A DNA stretch of 64,000 nucleotides from Fibrobacteria bacterium (GTDB lineage Bacteria > Fibrobacterota > Fibrobacteria > UBA11236). Positions 19,433-28,058 of this stretch are shown here, in pieces (position 1 is the stretch's first letter; every line of letters starts with the position of its first letter). Under the pieces are notes generated by a model that made no database searches, was not told the origin of the DNA, and worked only from the letters and a program-made list of their open reading frames with translations. The stretch lies in assembly GCA_017881725.1 (NCBI GenBank), contig JADGQO010000107.1, forward strand, positions 8,456-72,455, read 5' to 3'. The translations under genes and the position numbers were made by a program.

Positions 19433-19641
19433 TGTTTTCGATCCGAAATGGTTTCGAATCAGTCGCAGCCGCTCATGGCCTCAAATCGAATAATCGCCAG
19501 CCAACGTACCTTGCGTTTAGCAAGGGTGACGTCGGCTTTGCGGATCATGGCTTTAGCGAGCCCATGCCCGGAATGGCCAAGCGCAGCGGAAGACGCGACG
19601 GAGCGATTTTTCAAAATGATAGGGTGAGCGGAAGAAGACAT
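19402..19641 (-). ncRNA. Candidate small RNA or cis-regulatory leader of unknown class. Alternative reading: leaderless 60-aa ORF at 19459-19641.
   Basis: Bounded by a near-consensus promoter and a strong terminator. Contains several long helices (see findings). No match by eye to known RNA families. Confidence 0.35.
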
Positions 19642-19647
19642 ATTCCA

Positions 19648-19675
19648 AGTATATGCTAAAGAAAAAAACTGTCAA
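19648..19675 (-). promoter_or_regulatory. Near-consensus sigma70-type promoter
   Basis: TTGACA (19675-19670), 16-nt spacer, TATACT (19653-19648). Predicted start near 19641. Confidence 0.5.
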
Positions 19676-21441
19676 GGGGTAGAATCGAAATCGGGGTTCA
19701 GGATATCGTGCGACGCTCTGGGTCGATCTGCCGAATGCAAAAAGTCGGAAGCATTGCGGCGCGCCAACTCCAATAGTTTTTCGTTACCTGAAAAGCGCGT
19801 CTCCATGGCGGCTCGCAAGGGATGACCCTGAGGGATGGAATCCAATTCCATTCCCGGCCCCCCTTCGGCCTCCGGCGCGGACAACAAGACGCTGGCGCCA
19901 TCGCAAAAATCCAACCGCCATCGTTCCTCCCCAAGCAGATAGGCAGCCAAAGGCAGGAAACGCCGGTCTTCGGAAATAGGCAGCATCGCTTGGGTGAAGC
20001 CGTAACGCCGGCGGTACTCCGGAAAATATTCAGGCCGGTCCACCGCCTGGAGGAAGTCGCGGTAAAAATCGCCCGTACGCAATATCATCCGGCCGTCGAT
20101 GAAGGCGGGCTTTTCGGGAAAAGTCCGGAAATCCAAATAACCACCGTAGCGCAAGTCGTTAAAAAGGTTGCCCGATACCGGATGCCTTAACATGAATTCG
20201 GATGCCCCGCTGGGCAACCGGAACGGCGTGATCAGGGAGCCCGGAATTTCATAATCCCAGGCAGACCGAATCTTCCCGCCCCAAAATGCCAAAAGGCCCG
20301 CCGTCGTCGTTAGGGCAAGTGAGCGGAGTATCCAATGCAAGCGGGAGGTTCCGTACTCCGTCACGCACAGGTTACGTCCAGCCGCCATCAATCCGGCGAG
20401 ATAAGTCAGCGGAAGATTGCGCTGGGCCACCAAGCCCAGACCCAAAAAAGCGGCAAATAGCAGCCCATGCCCAAGATTACGCCCCTTTTTAATGGAACGG
20501 GCCCGAGCGCTTTCAAAAGTAAAGAGCACCCCTAGGCAAAAGACCGCGAAGGGCAGGGCTTGCCTGGGATCGTCCCGCAGCAAATCGAGGAACGGGCGGT
20601 TCTCGGCGATTTGGGAGGAGAAAATATTTCCCGCTCCCGGAGTGATCCGTTGGAATAATTGCAAGGGTAACCAGAATCCATCCGATCCGTAGGGCGTCAG
20701 GAATCCGGTCGCCCAGACGGCGACGGTTCCCAAGGCTGCGGAAAGCACCGTAACTCGTCGGTTACCGGAGAAAATCTCTCCGACGACCAAAGTGGTCACC
20801 AACACCCCGCCGAGGGGATACAGACCTTGGACATTTGCCATGATCACCTGGGCTGTGAGGATGAGCCACCAAGGGTTTTTCAAGCGACCCTGTAAATGCG
20901 ACTGCAAAGCGAAATACTGCAAGCCCAACCCGCAAAGCGTAACCGCCAATGGCCGGACATCCAGGAAGAAGCGAATCGGGTACAACCCGAGCACGGCGAA
21001 AGCCAACAAAAGGTACGGCACTGCGCCCGAGGCACGAGGAACACTAGCAGTCGAAGCGCGGAATCCGGAATTTTTTCCAGGGACAGCCCCCGGATCCGTT
21101 CCGGTAACTGAACTCGGCCAACCGTTGGGAATCAAGACCAAAAAAATTCCCGCCCCAATCAGCAGGCATTTTCCGGCCACCAGGGCTTTGGCGCCCCCTA
21201 GATTCCAAGTCGCCCATGCCAGTAACTGGAAGCCCCAGTGCAAGTTCGTCCATTGGGTACCGAGCGATGAAAGACAAAACGGGTCGTTGCGGAGAAAGGC
21301 ATGCCGCGCCCACATCCATTTGGCCGCCGCGAGATGCCACCAAATATCGGTATCCGTAAGCGGGTACCACAGGCAGGCGAGAATCCAACCCAGCAGGATC
21401 CACGGCGCGCACCATCGGAAAACCTTATCCATCCAAGACAT
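19672..21441 (-). CDS. Polytopic membrane protein, GT-C-like (putative glycosyltransferase/polymerase) with a C-terminal soluble domain
   Basis: About 12 TM segments. N-terminal TDTDIWWHLAAAKWM...DPF motif resembling GT-C-fold membrane glycosyltransferases. The assignment is weak. Confidence 0.55.
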   Translation of the reverse strand: MSWMDKVFRWCAPWILLGWILACLWYPLTDTDIWWHLAAAKWMWARHAFLRNDPFCLSSLGTQWTNLHWGFQLLAWATWNLGGAKALVAGKCLLIGAGIFLVLIPNGWPSSVTGTDPGAVPGKNSGFRASTASVPRASGAVPYLLLAFAVLGLYPIRFFLDVRPLAVTLCGLGLQYFALQSHLQGRLKNPWWLILTAQVIMANVQGLYPLGGVLVTTLVVGEIFSGNRRVTVLSAALGTVAVWATGFLTPYGSDGFWLPLQLFQRITPGAGNIFSSQIAENRPFLDLLRDDPRQALPFAVFCLGVLFTFESARARSIKKGRNLGHGLLFAAFLGLGLVAQRNLPLTYLAGLMAAGRNLCVTEYGTSRLHWILRSLALTTTAGLLAFWGGKIRSAWDYEIPGSLITPFRLPSGASEFMLRHPVSGNLFNDLRYGGYLDFRTFPEKPAFIDGRMILRTGDFYRDFLQAVDRPEYFPEYRRRYGFTQAMLPISEDRRFLPLAAYLLGEERWRLDFCDGASVLLSAPEAEGGPGMELDSIPQGHPLRAAMETRFSGNEKLLELARRNASDFLHSADRPRASHDILNPDFDSTP

Positions 21442-21499
21442 CGAGCGTCAACCTTTGCCACGGGAAAAAACCATGGTCAGAATCTACTTGCGACCCTTT

Positions 21500-21525
21500 G
21501 AATAGTCATTCCGAATAGCCATCCC
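21500..21525. repeat. Imperfect 13-bp tandem repeat in a divergent promoter region
   Basis: GAATAGTCATTCC / GAATAGCCATCCC, 11 of 13 identical. Confidence 0.7.
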
Positions 21526-21630
21526 CACGCGGCTGGAGGATTGGATGGTACTAGTTATATTTGACCGGACCAGAATCGGATCATCGGTTTGATCCCGTAC
21601 TCGGCGCATCAACGTCTTCAGGGAGCGCGC

Positions 21631-23709
21631 ATGTCGAGAATTTCCTTTTTCCAAGAAAACCCTCCGTCCCAGGAATTCAACCGCGCCCGTTCGGCCGTGA
21701 ATCGCCTAACGCCGGGCATTGCAGCCATTGGTCTCGCCGCCGGATTGATTTTGACCGGGTGCCAAGTCGCGGAAAAATCCAATTCGGAACCCGTCGTCAC
21801 CACGGTGAATCCGAACTACAATCGGCTGCACTCGCATGTCTTGGTGCGCCGCGTCAAGACGCCGACGGAAGGTTTCCTGGATTTCGCCGCCTATTCCAAA
21901 AACGTTATGCTCGCTGATCCGCAATGGCATGCCGTCCATCCGACTTCGAAAATTTCCCTCGCTGCAGTAAGCTTTGGCGGAAAATTGCAAGAGGTGAAAC
22001 CACTCCTGGACTTCACTCCGCTCACCGATGCGGAAAAAAATCAGCCACTGGCATGGGGCCCGGTCCTGGAACACTTGCTGAAATGGAATTTCGACAAAGC
22101 TTCGAAATTGGCCAATGATTATTCTACCATCACCGGCGAAAAATGGGGCGACACCTCCGACGTGTCCCAACCTTTCCAGGAATTTTCCGCCGTTTACATC
22201 CATTCCAAGGGGAGTATCAAGGAGGTCTGGGTAGAGGTGGAATTCAAACCCTGGCTCAATTCCTTCATGGACGGGATCCTCGATCAGGATCGCGACGGAT
22301 ACCCGGAAGCGGTCGGCCGCTTGGACCCCCATTTGTTCACATCCGAAATGGCCGAAGAAATCGCCGGAGATTATGCCTCCAAAATTCTCACGGAACCGCA
22401 AGTCATCGATTGGGCCCGCAACCTGGCCTCCCGTTGGTATCCGTCCTACAATACGGATCTTTTGGAATTGAAACCCGGAATGCCCTGGCCTTACGAGGAA
22501 AGCACGGAAGCGGCAAAAAAAGAAATGACGGGACTTTGGATCAACAATCCGTTGTTCATCCTCAAGGGACATCCCTTCGACGATACCCTTTTCAACGTCT
22601 TCGAAGTGGACGGCATGGGAGGGGCAAAGACCCCGGCCCAGAAAAAACAGGAAGGCACGCCCGTCGCGCGCGGCCTGGATAAAGGGCTCACCGATCGTTT
22701 GACGACCATCACATCGGCCTTGGACGGCGAAGTGAAAGCCTATGGCAACGGCAAATGGCCGGAATGGATCAAACGCCTGGCCCCGTTCCAGCAGGAGGTC
22801 CAACGCTTCGCCGGGACTGAGCCCAAGGAAATTCTCGGGATCATGGCGCCGGACAAAGTCCTGGTTTTCCGCCGCGAATTGGATTACCTCGTCGCGCCGG
22901 ACATCGATGCCTCGACCTCCACGCAACATCCGCTCCAGGCCATCGCCGGTTTCAAGGATTATCTCGCCCAGCAAGGCATCGACTTTCTTTTCATTCCCAT
23001 TCCCACCAAGCTCGACCTCTATCCCGAGACCGTGGCTCCGGGCGCGGACTCCTTGCCCGGGCATATCGCGCAGCCGAACGTGCGCAAGCTGATGCGCGAT
23101 CTCGCCGATGCGCGCGTCGAAACCCTGGATTTGTTGACGCCGTTTCTGAAAATCAAGGCATCCAGCGAAGATGGTAAACGGGTTTTGTACCAAAAGCAGG
23201 ATACGCATTGGACGACGGTAGGCTTGGAATGCGCCGCGCAAGTGGTGGCGGATCGGATCAAGCTTTATTCCTGGTTCGACGCCGCCTTTAAGGATAAGCG
23301 CGATTATCATGTGCATGACAGCGTTTTCGAGAGCCTCGGGGATATCCAGGCCCGGCTTACCGACGCGAAGAAAGCCCAGGTGGCTCCCGAACATGTTCTT
23401 GGCCATCAAGTGTTGGACAATGCCGGGCAATTCTACGAAGACACCGATTCTTCCTCGGTGCTCATTCTCGGCGACAGTTATACCGGCGTGTTCCAAAGCG
23501 TCGGCTGCCGTCACGCTGGAGTTACCGCGCACATAGCGCGTAACCTGGGCGCGCCTGTGGATTTGATCATGGGTTGGGGGGGCGGCCCGGAGGCCCCGTC
23601 CAAACTGAAAAAGCGCGGCGGCGATTACCTCAAGAACAAACGCTTGGTGGTGTGGATGATGTCCGCGCGGGATATTTTCGTCTACCCCGGGGATTGGACC
23701 GTGAAGTGA
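21631..23709 (+). CDS. Lipoprotein with a C-terminal AlgX/AlgJ-like SGNH-type polysaccharide O-acetyltransferase domain and an unknown N-terminal region of about 400 aa
   Basis: Lipobox LILTGC. C-terminal QKQDTHWT (DxHW) followed by LILGDSYTG (GDS), the motif order of the AlgX/AlgJ family. Confidence 0.65.
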   Translation: MSRISFFQENPPSQEFNRARSAVNRLTPGIAAIGLAAGLILTGCQVAEKSNSEPVVTTVNPNYNRLHSHVLVRRVKTPTEGFLDFAAYSKNVMLADPQWHAVHPTSKISLAAVSFGGKLQEVKPLLDFTPLTDAEKNQPLAWGPVLEHLLKWNFDKASKLANDYSTITGEKWGDTSDVSQPFQEFSAVYIHSKGSIKEVWVEVEFKPWLNSFMDGILDQDRDGYPEAVGRLDPHLFTSEMAEEIAGDYASKILTEPQVIDWARNLASRWYPSYNTDLLELKPGMPWPYEESTEAAKKEMTGLWINNPLFILKGHPFDDTLFNVFEVDGMGGAKTPAQKKQEGTPVARGLDKGLTDRLTTITSALDGEVKAYGNGKWPEWIKRLAPFQQEVQRFAGTEPKEILGIMAPDKVLVFRRELDYLVAPDIDASTSTQHPLQAIAGFKDYLAQQGIDFLFIPIPTKLDLYPETVAPGADSLPGHIAQPNVRKLMRDLADARVETLDLLTPFLKIKASSEDGKRVLYQKQDTHWTTVGLECAAQVVADRIKLYSWFDAAFKDKRDYHVHDSVFESLGDIQARLTDAKKAQVAPEHVLGHQVLDNAGQFYEDTDSSSVLILGDSYTGVFQSVGCRHAGVTAHIARNLGAPVDLIMGWGGGPEAPSKLKKRGGDYLKNKRLVVWMMSARDIFVYPGDWTVK

Positions 23710-24629
23710 GGATTTCGAAACGGCTGGCATGGCCGGCCTGGGCCGGACTACTCACGGTCTTGTTGTCTATTTTCCAGCCGGGATGCCGTATCGAAAAACC
23801 CGATCCGGCGGCGCAAGTATTGTCCATTCTGCATAAACATCCGGCGGATTTTCTGGATCAACTTTCCGCATTGGACGCGCTGTCTTCGCGGGAAGCCGGA
23901 ATTCCAACCGTGTCGCTGCCCGAGGAATTATTTCCAATAGCGAAAAAGTTGAAGCCGTTGCTTGCATCCGCCCGCACCGACTCCGCTCGTGCTGTATTGC
24001 TCACCGCATGGGTATTCGATACGCTCGGCGTGCGTCCCGATCTGGAATCCAATAATCTGGAAGGATCACTGCCGTCTCAAGTCCTGCTTCGGAAACGTGG
24101 TTCGTGCGTCGGTATCAGCCTTCTTTTTCTGGCGCTGGGCCGGGTATTGGATATACCCGTTAAACCGGTTTTTCTTCCCGGGCACCTCTTCGTGCGCTTC
24201 CGTTCCGGTAATTTCGCGCGGAACATCGAAACTCTGCGGCCCGGGATTATCCGTACGGATTCATTTTACCGGGACACATTTCATCTTGCCCAAAGGCGGT
24301 GGTACGATTTATCCGATCGAGAACCCGTCCAAGCTCTGGCGGCCCTAACCTTCAACCTCGCGAATTTCCATGCCGGCCGGAGTCAATGGGATTTCGCATT
24401 GGTGGAATATTCTTCCGCGGAATCTCTTTTACCGGGTTATCCCGACGCCGTCGGGAGCCAAGGTGCGGCGTTATTTGCTTTGGGACGCACTCCGGAAGCC
24501 GAAGCGAAGTTAAGGGCAGCCCTCGACGGAGACTCACTGTGCAAACCCGCGTGGCGGAACCTTGCCCAACTGTACCGGAAAAACGGAGACAGTACCAATT
24601 ACCATTGGGCCGAATCCCGGTCGCCGTGA
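23706..24629 (+). CDS. SirB1/YchA-like transglutaminase-like plus TPR protein (lipoprotein?)
   Basis: GTG 23706 overlaps the upstream TGA (GTGA). RGSCVGISLLFLALGRVLDIPVKPVFLPGHLFVRF matches transglutaminase-core-2. TPR-like C-terminus. Confidence 0.7.
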   Translation: MRISKRLAWPAWAGLLTVLLSIFQPGCRIEKPDPAAQVLSILHKHPADFLDQLSALDALSSREAGIPTVSLPEELFPIAKKLKPLLASARTDSARAVLLTAWVFDTLGVRPDLESNNLEGSLPSQVLLRKRGSCVGISLLFLALGRVLDIPVKPVFLPGHLFVRFRSGNFARNIETLRPGIIRTDSFYRDTFHLAQRRWYDLSDREPVQALAALTFNLANFHAGRSQWDFALVEYSSAESLLPGYPDAVGSQGAALFALGRTPEAEAKLRAALDGDSLCKPAWRNLAQLYRKNGDSTNYHWAESRSP

Positions 24630-24664
24630 GATGACCCCGGCCTGACAGGTCGGGACGAATTGAC

Positions 24665-25132
24665 CTAAAGTTTATCCGCCCACAGGGCCCAATAGCGGGT
24701 CCGTTTATCCTTGAAATATCCGTCCTCCACCGCGCCATTCCAATTCTTTTCCAAATTGGTAAGCACCAGGTAATTGACATCGCCAACCGTGAAGGACTTC
24801 ACGTTTCCACCGACCTTGGAGCCCTGCTCATCCTTGATTTCCTCCCGGGCGAAGCGGGGATTATAATGGCCGACGAGGATTACCGAATCCGCGTAGGAGC
24901 CCTGCACGACCTTGATCACCTTATAGCGCATGATATAGGCGTAGTTGTAAATATCATTGGCCGGATACTCTCCCGGAATATCGTCCAACTTCGCGGTGAT
25001 CACCAATTCCCCATCGACGGGAGGCTTGGCCGGCAGCGCCGACTGCGGAATCGATTGTTTAGCCGCGCCCTCGTCTTTCTTCGAACAAGCACAAGCGCCC
25101 AGGACAGCCAGGGCCAGAAAAAATTTTCGCAT
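24665..25132 (-). CDS. Hypothetical lipoprotein
   Basis: ATG 25132 preceded by GAAGGGGGGG. MRKFFLALAVLGAC lipobox. No family recognised. Confidence 0.6.
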   Translation of the reverse strand: MRKFFLALAVLGACACSKKDEGAAKQSIPQSALPAKPPVDGELVITAKLDDIPGEYPANDIYNYAYIMRYKVIKVVQGSYADSVILVGHYNPRFAREEIKDEQGSKVGGNVKSFTVGDVNYLVLTNLEKNWNGAVEDGYFKDKRTRYWALWADKL

Positions 25133-25163
25133 GATCCCCCCCTTCATCACCTGGCATAAGATA

Positions 25164-25193
25164 CCACTCGGGACCCGATGCATCCACTCGGGA
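25164..25193. repeat. Perfect 10-bp direct repeat CCACTCGGGA x2, 20 bp start-to-start
   Basis: Copies at 25164-25173 and 25184-25193, 32 to 61 nt upstream of the lipoprotein ATG on the minus strand. Confidence 0.85.
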
Positions 25194-25497
25194 GAGGCAA
25201 AAAATACCTTGCACCCGGACTTTCCCGATGGAACGGTTCCGCCCAGCCATGAGCCGCCGCCCCGGAAACGTCTCAAGACTCCGATTGACCGGGCCACCGG
25301 CCGGAAGTAGATTTTGGGAGACGACAGGGATGAGCGTCATCCCCCAGCTCCTTCTAATCCAAGGTGCGGAGGGCCGGTGTTGCATTCCCCTAAATCCGAC
25401 GCCGCCCCCCAGGGCACCGAGATCTCGGTTCCGCGCCGGATATTCCAGGCTTACGCAAAACATGCGTGGCCCTTCACATCATCAGTAAGGGGTTCCC

Positions 25498-26901
25498 ATG
25501 AAAAAGACCCTGCACGTTTACGTTTGCAGCACCTATCGCGACCTTGTCAGTGAACGCAATGCCCTTGCGTCCGCGCTGGAGGAGTTGTCGCTCCAATATC
25601 CGGAATTCTATTACACTTGCGCGCGCTCCATTCAGCCGCTGGACATGTGCAAATCCGAAATTCACCGCAATGAGCATGTCCTCCTTATCCTGGGACACTT
25701 GCAAGGCGTGATCGCACCGGGATTGGATATTGCCCAAGGCGAAGCCGAATATCGGGAAGCCCATTCCGAAGGAATACCCGTTTCCGTTTACTTACGCGAC
25801 GGCCGCTCCGGAATGCATCCGGCGCATTTTGAAAGGGATCCGATACGGGCGGCGCAGCTTAAGACATTCAAGGAAGAAGTCAGCGCTGCCCATCCCAGCC
25901 GCACATTTTCGGATTTACCCGGGTTAGTCAAAACCGTGACCGAGGATTTGGCCGCTTTGATCGAAGCGGCGGGACTGGAAACGGGCCGCGGCGCCAAAGG
26001 AAGTCGCGGAAAACCGCGCTACGTCACACAGAAGTTACCCATGCAGACCGGCGGATCAGCTAAGCCGGAAGAAGCCGCGTTGGCCGAGCATCAAACGCGC
26101 ACCATCCCGGTATTGCAAAAGGCGCTGGCCACCCCGTTCCGCAGGCGCGCGCCCCAAGGACGCATCGGCAAAACCCTCGTGGTTACCGCGGCGCTCATCA
26201 TTTTAGTCGGCTTGGCCCTGGCCCGAATGCACAAATTTCCGATCGTAAAGGCAACGCTGGCGGCCAATGCCGCGTCCGTGCCCGGCGAATCGCGATCAGC
26301 GGAGCAATCCCTGCTCGGTTCCAATGCCCCGGAATTACCCTCCGATCCCGGCCTTCCGGAAGCCGAGTCCCCATCGCTGGCGCCGGATGGCATGCGCTCA
26401 TCAAGCACCCTGAACGGCAAATCCGGAGCTGCGTCCTTTCCAACCGTCAAAGCGCATAAAGCCACGGCCACGGTGGTCTTAATGGATGACACCGATCCCA
26501 CCAAACTTTTCCTGCGCAAGGCCCTGGATGGATCTCCGGACGAACAATTCCAAGTCGGCGCCATGTACGAAACCGGCAAGGACGTGCCCCGTAACGATTC
26601 GCTGGCGTTGCGCTGGTACCGCAAGGCGGCGGAAAAGGGATTGGCGGAAGCGCAGTACAAGGTTGCGCAAATGTATCGCATTGGAAAAGGCGTCAGCAGA
26701 TCCTCGTTTCAATCCGCGCGTTGGTTCCAGGCTGCGGCGGAACAAGGGCTGGCAAAAGCCCAGGTTAAAATCGGTCAAATGTATCAGTCCGGAAAAGGCG
26801 TATCCCGCAATCAAACCACCGCCTTCAAATGGTTCCTGAAAGCGGCTGATCAAAAGGATCCGGAAGCCGAAAAAATTCTGGCCGAGCTGAAAGAAAATTA
26901 A
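25498..26901 (+). CDS. DUF4062-like N-terminal domain, single TM, C-terminal Sel1-like repeat (SLR) protein
   Basis: HVYVCSTYRDLVSERNALASAL resembles the DUF4062 signature (FxSSTfxDLxxER). TM TLVVTAALIILVGLALA. Three SLR units (GAMYETGKDVPRND..A..WYRKAAEKG and similar). Confidence 0.75.
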   Translation: MKKTLHVYVCSTYRDLVSERNALASALEELSLQYPEFYYTCARSIQPLDMCKSEIHRNEHVLLILGHLQGVIAPGLDIAQGEAEYREAHSEGIPVSVYLRDGRSGMHPAHFERDPIRAAQLKTFKEEVSAAHPSRTFSDLPGLVKTVTEDLAALIEAAGLETGRGAKGSRGKPRYVTQKLPMQTGGSAKPEEAALAEHQTRTIPVLQKALATPFRRRAPQGRIGKTLVVTAALIILVGLALARMHKFPIVKATLAANAASVPGESRSAEQSLLGSNAPELPSDPGLPEAESPSLAPDGMRSSSTLNGKSGAASFPTVKAHKATATVVLMDDTDPTKLFLRKALDGSPDEQFQVGAMYETGKDVPRNDSLALRWYRKAAEKGLAEAQYKVAQMYRIGKGVSRSSFQSARWFQAAAEQGLAKAQVKIGQMYQSGKGVSRNQTTAFKWFLKAADQKDPEAEKILAELKEN

Positions 26902-26933
26902 CTGGCCTTATTGCTTACGGGACCTAAGGCCAG
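26902..26933. terminator. 9-bp perfect hairpin spanning both stop codons of convergent genes
   Basis: CUGGCCUUA-14 nt-UAAGGCCAG. The minus-strand reading is followed by a U-rich tract (UUAAUUUUCUUUC). Confidence 0.45.
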
Positions 26934-27997
26934 TCGCTGATTAGGATGCATGCGGGTGTGGCTACTTCCAAACCCTCGCCTAACAAAACCGGTCGACCCG
27001 ATTCGACGTCGATTCTGAAAGTCGCCACGGCATCCGATTTTTGGTTGGCCACCAGTAGGAAAGTTCCCGACGGATCGAACGCGAAGTGGCGCGGGAACCT
27101 ACCGCAAGCGGGCACATGACCGCGCAATTTAAGCGAAACCGTGTCCCTGTCGAACTCGAACCAAGCCAAGCTGTCATGCCCGCGGTTGGAAAGGTACAGG
27201 AATTTTCCCGACGGATGCCAAGCCAATCCCGATGGATAATTTTCCGCGGATATCACGTCCTCAGGCAAGCTGGACAATGATTGGGAAAGCCTCCATTGAC
27301 CGTCGTCACCGAGCCTCCAAACGGTCAGGAGCGATTTTAATTCGTGGAGGACGAACAACGCCTCGCCGCTCGGATGGAAAATAAATTGACGGGGTCCGGA
27401 GCCGGCCGGCATGTCCAAGGTTGTCCCGTCGGAGCGGATTTCCCCCGAATCAGGATCGAAGGCGTGCTGGGTGATTTGGTCCAAACCTAAATCAGCGACC
27501 CAAATATTTTTATTCCCTGGATCGGTACCGATGCAATGAGGATGCGGACCTGCCTGTCGTCCCGTTCCCGTTCCCAATCCATGCGGCGTTTTACAGCTCA
27601 CTTGGGGCCCGATTTTTCCATCCCCTTGCACGGCAAAAGTCGCAATACCCCCACCCCCATAATTCGCGACCAGCAGGATTTTTCCGGTGCGATCCAAGGC
27701 CAAGTGGCAAGGAGATCCTCCCGAGGTGGAACGCTGGTTTAAAAATCCCACGTCGCCATCCGCTCCTATGGCGAAAGCGCTGACCGATCCGTCCGGTTGG
27801 CCGTAATACGCGCTTACCTCGTTGACGGCATACAGATTTTTTCGATCGGGAGAGAGCGCCAGATAAGAGGGATTGACGACTCCGGGATGGCTGCGGATCA
27901 AACGTAACTCCCCTGTTACGCCATCCATGTCGTAGACGGAAATCCCCTTGCCGCCGTTGGAAGTGTAACTGCCTACATAGACCTTATACCGATGCAC
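26924..27997 (-). CDS. Lactonase-family 7-bladed beta-propeller (6-phosphogluconolactonase-like)
   Basis: YVGSYTSNGGKGISVY N-terminus, repeated HP.G..LY..NE/NR blades, GPRQF/FPRHF motifs. Confidence 0.8.
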   Translation of the reverse strand: MHRYKVYVGSYTSNGGKGISVYDMDGVTGELRLIRSHPGVVNPSYLALSPDRKNLYAVNEVSAYYGQPDGSVSAFAIGADGDVGFLNQRSTSGGSPCHLALDRTGKILLVANYGGGGIATFAVQGDGKIGPQVSCKTPHGLGTGTGRQAGPHPHCIGTDPGNKNIWVADLGLDQITQHAFDPDSGEIRSDGTTLDMPAGSGPRQFIFHPSGEALFVLHELKSLLTVWRLGDDGQWRLSQSLSSLPEDVISAENYPSGLAWHPSGKFLYLSNRGHDSLAWFEFDRDTVSLKLRGHVPACGRFPRHFAFDPSGTFLLVANQKSDAVATFRIDVESGRPVLLGEGLEVATPACILISDWP

Positions 27998-28058
27998 GGA
28001 TTCCCCCTCCCCGCGTCCAAACCGGAAAGTTTCGGCGGTGTGATTGAGTATCCATCTT

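Noticed and set aside
19402-19641. Identity of the candidate RNA as SRP (4.5S), 6S, tmRNA or RNase P RNA
   Set aside because: It has no SRP domain IV GGAA-tetraloop/AGCA motif. It has no tRNA-like 3' end or tag ORF. It is too short for RNase P. A 6S-like long irregular hairpin is only partly drawable. The class is left as unknown.
23544-23709. G7 tract (23576-23582) near the end of the AlgX-like gene. The downstream gene's frame is open back to 23544, so a one-base slip would fuse the two proteins.
   Set aside because: It is probably coincidence. The G7 arises from TGG-GGG-GGC (W-G-G), which recurs in ccsA (41874-41880). An open stretch of 160 nt is common in GC-rich DNA, and the GTGA overlap already provides ordinary translational coupling.
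21706-23730. 674-aa minus-strand ORF covering the AlgX/AlgJ-like gene
   Set aside because: It is antisense to a gene with a clear lipobox and DxHW/GDS motifs. Its translation is rich in R, G, F and H with no motifs. Shadow ORF.
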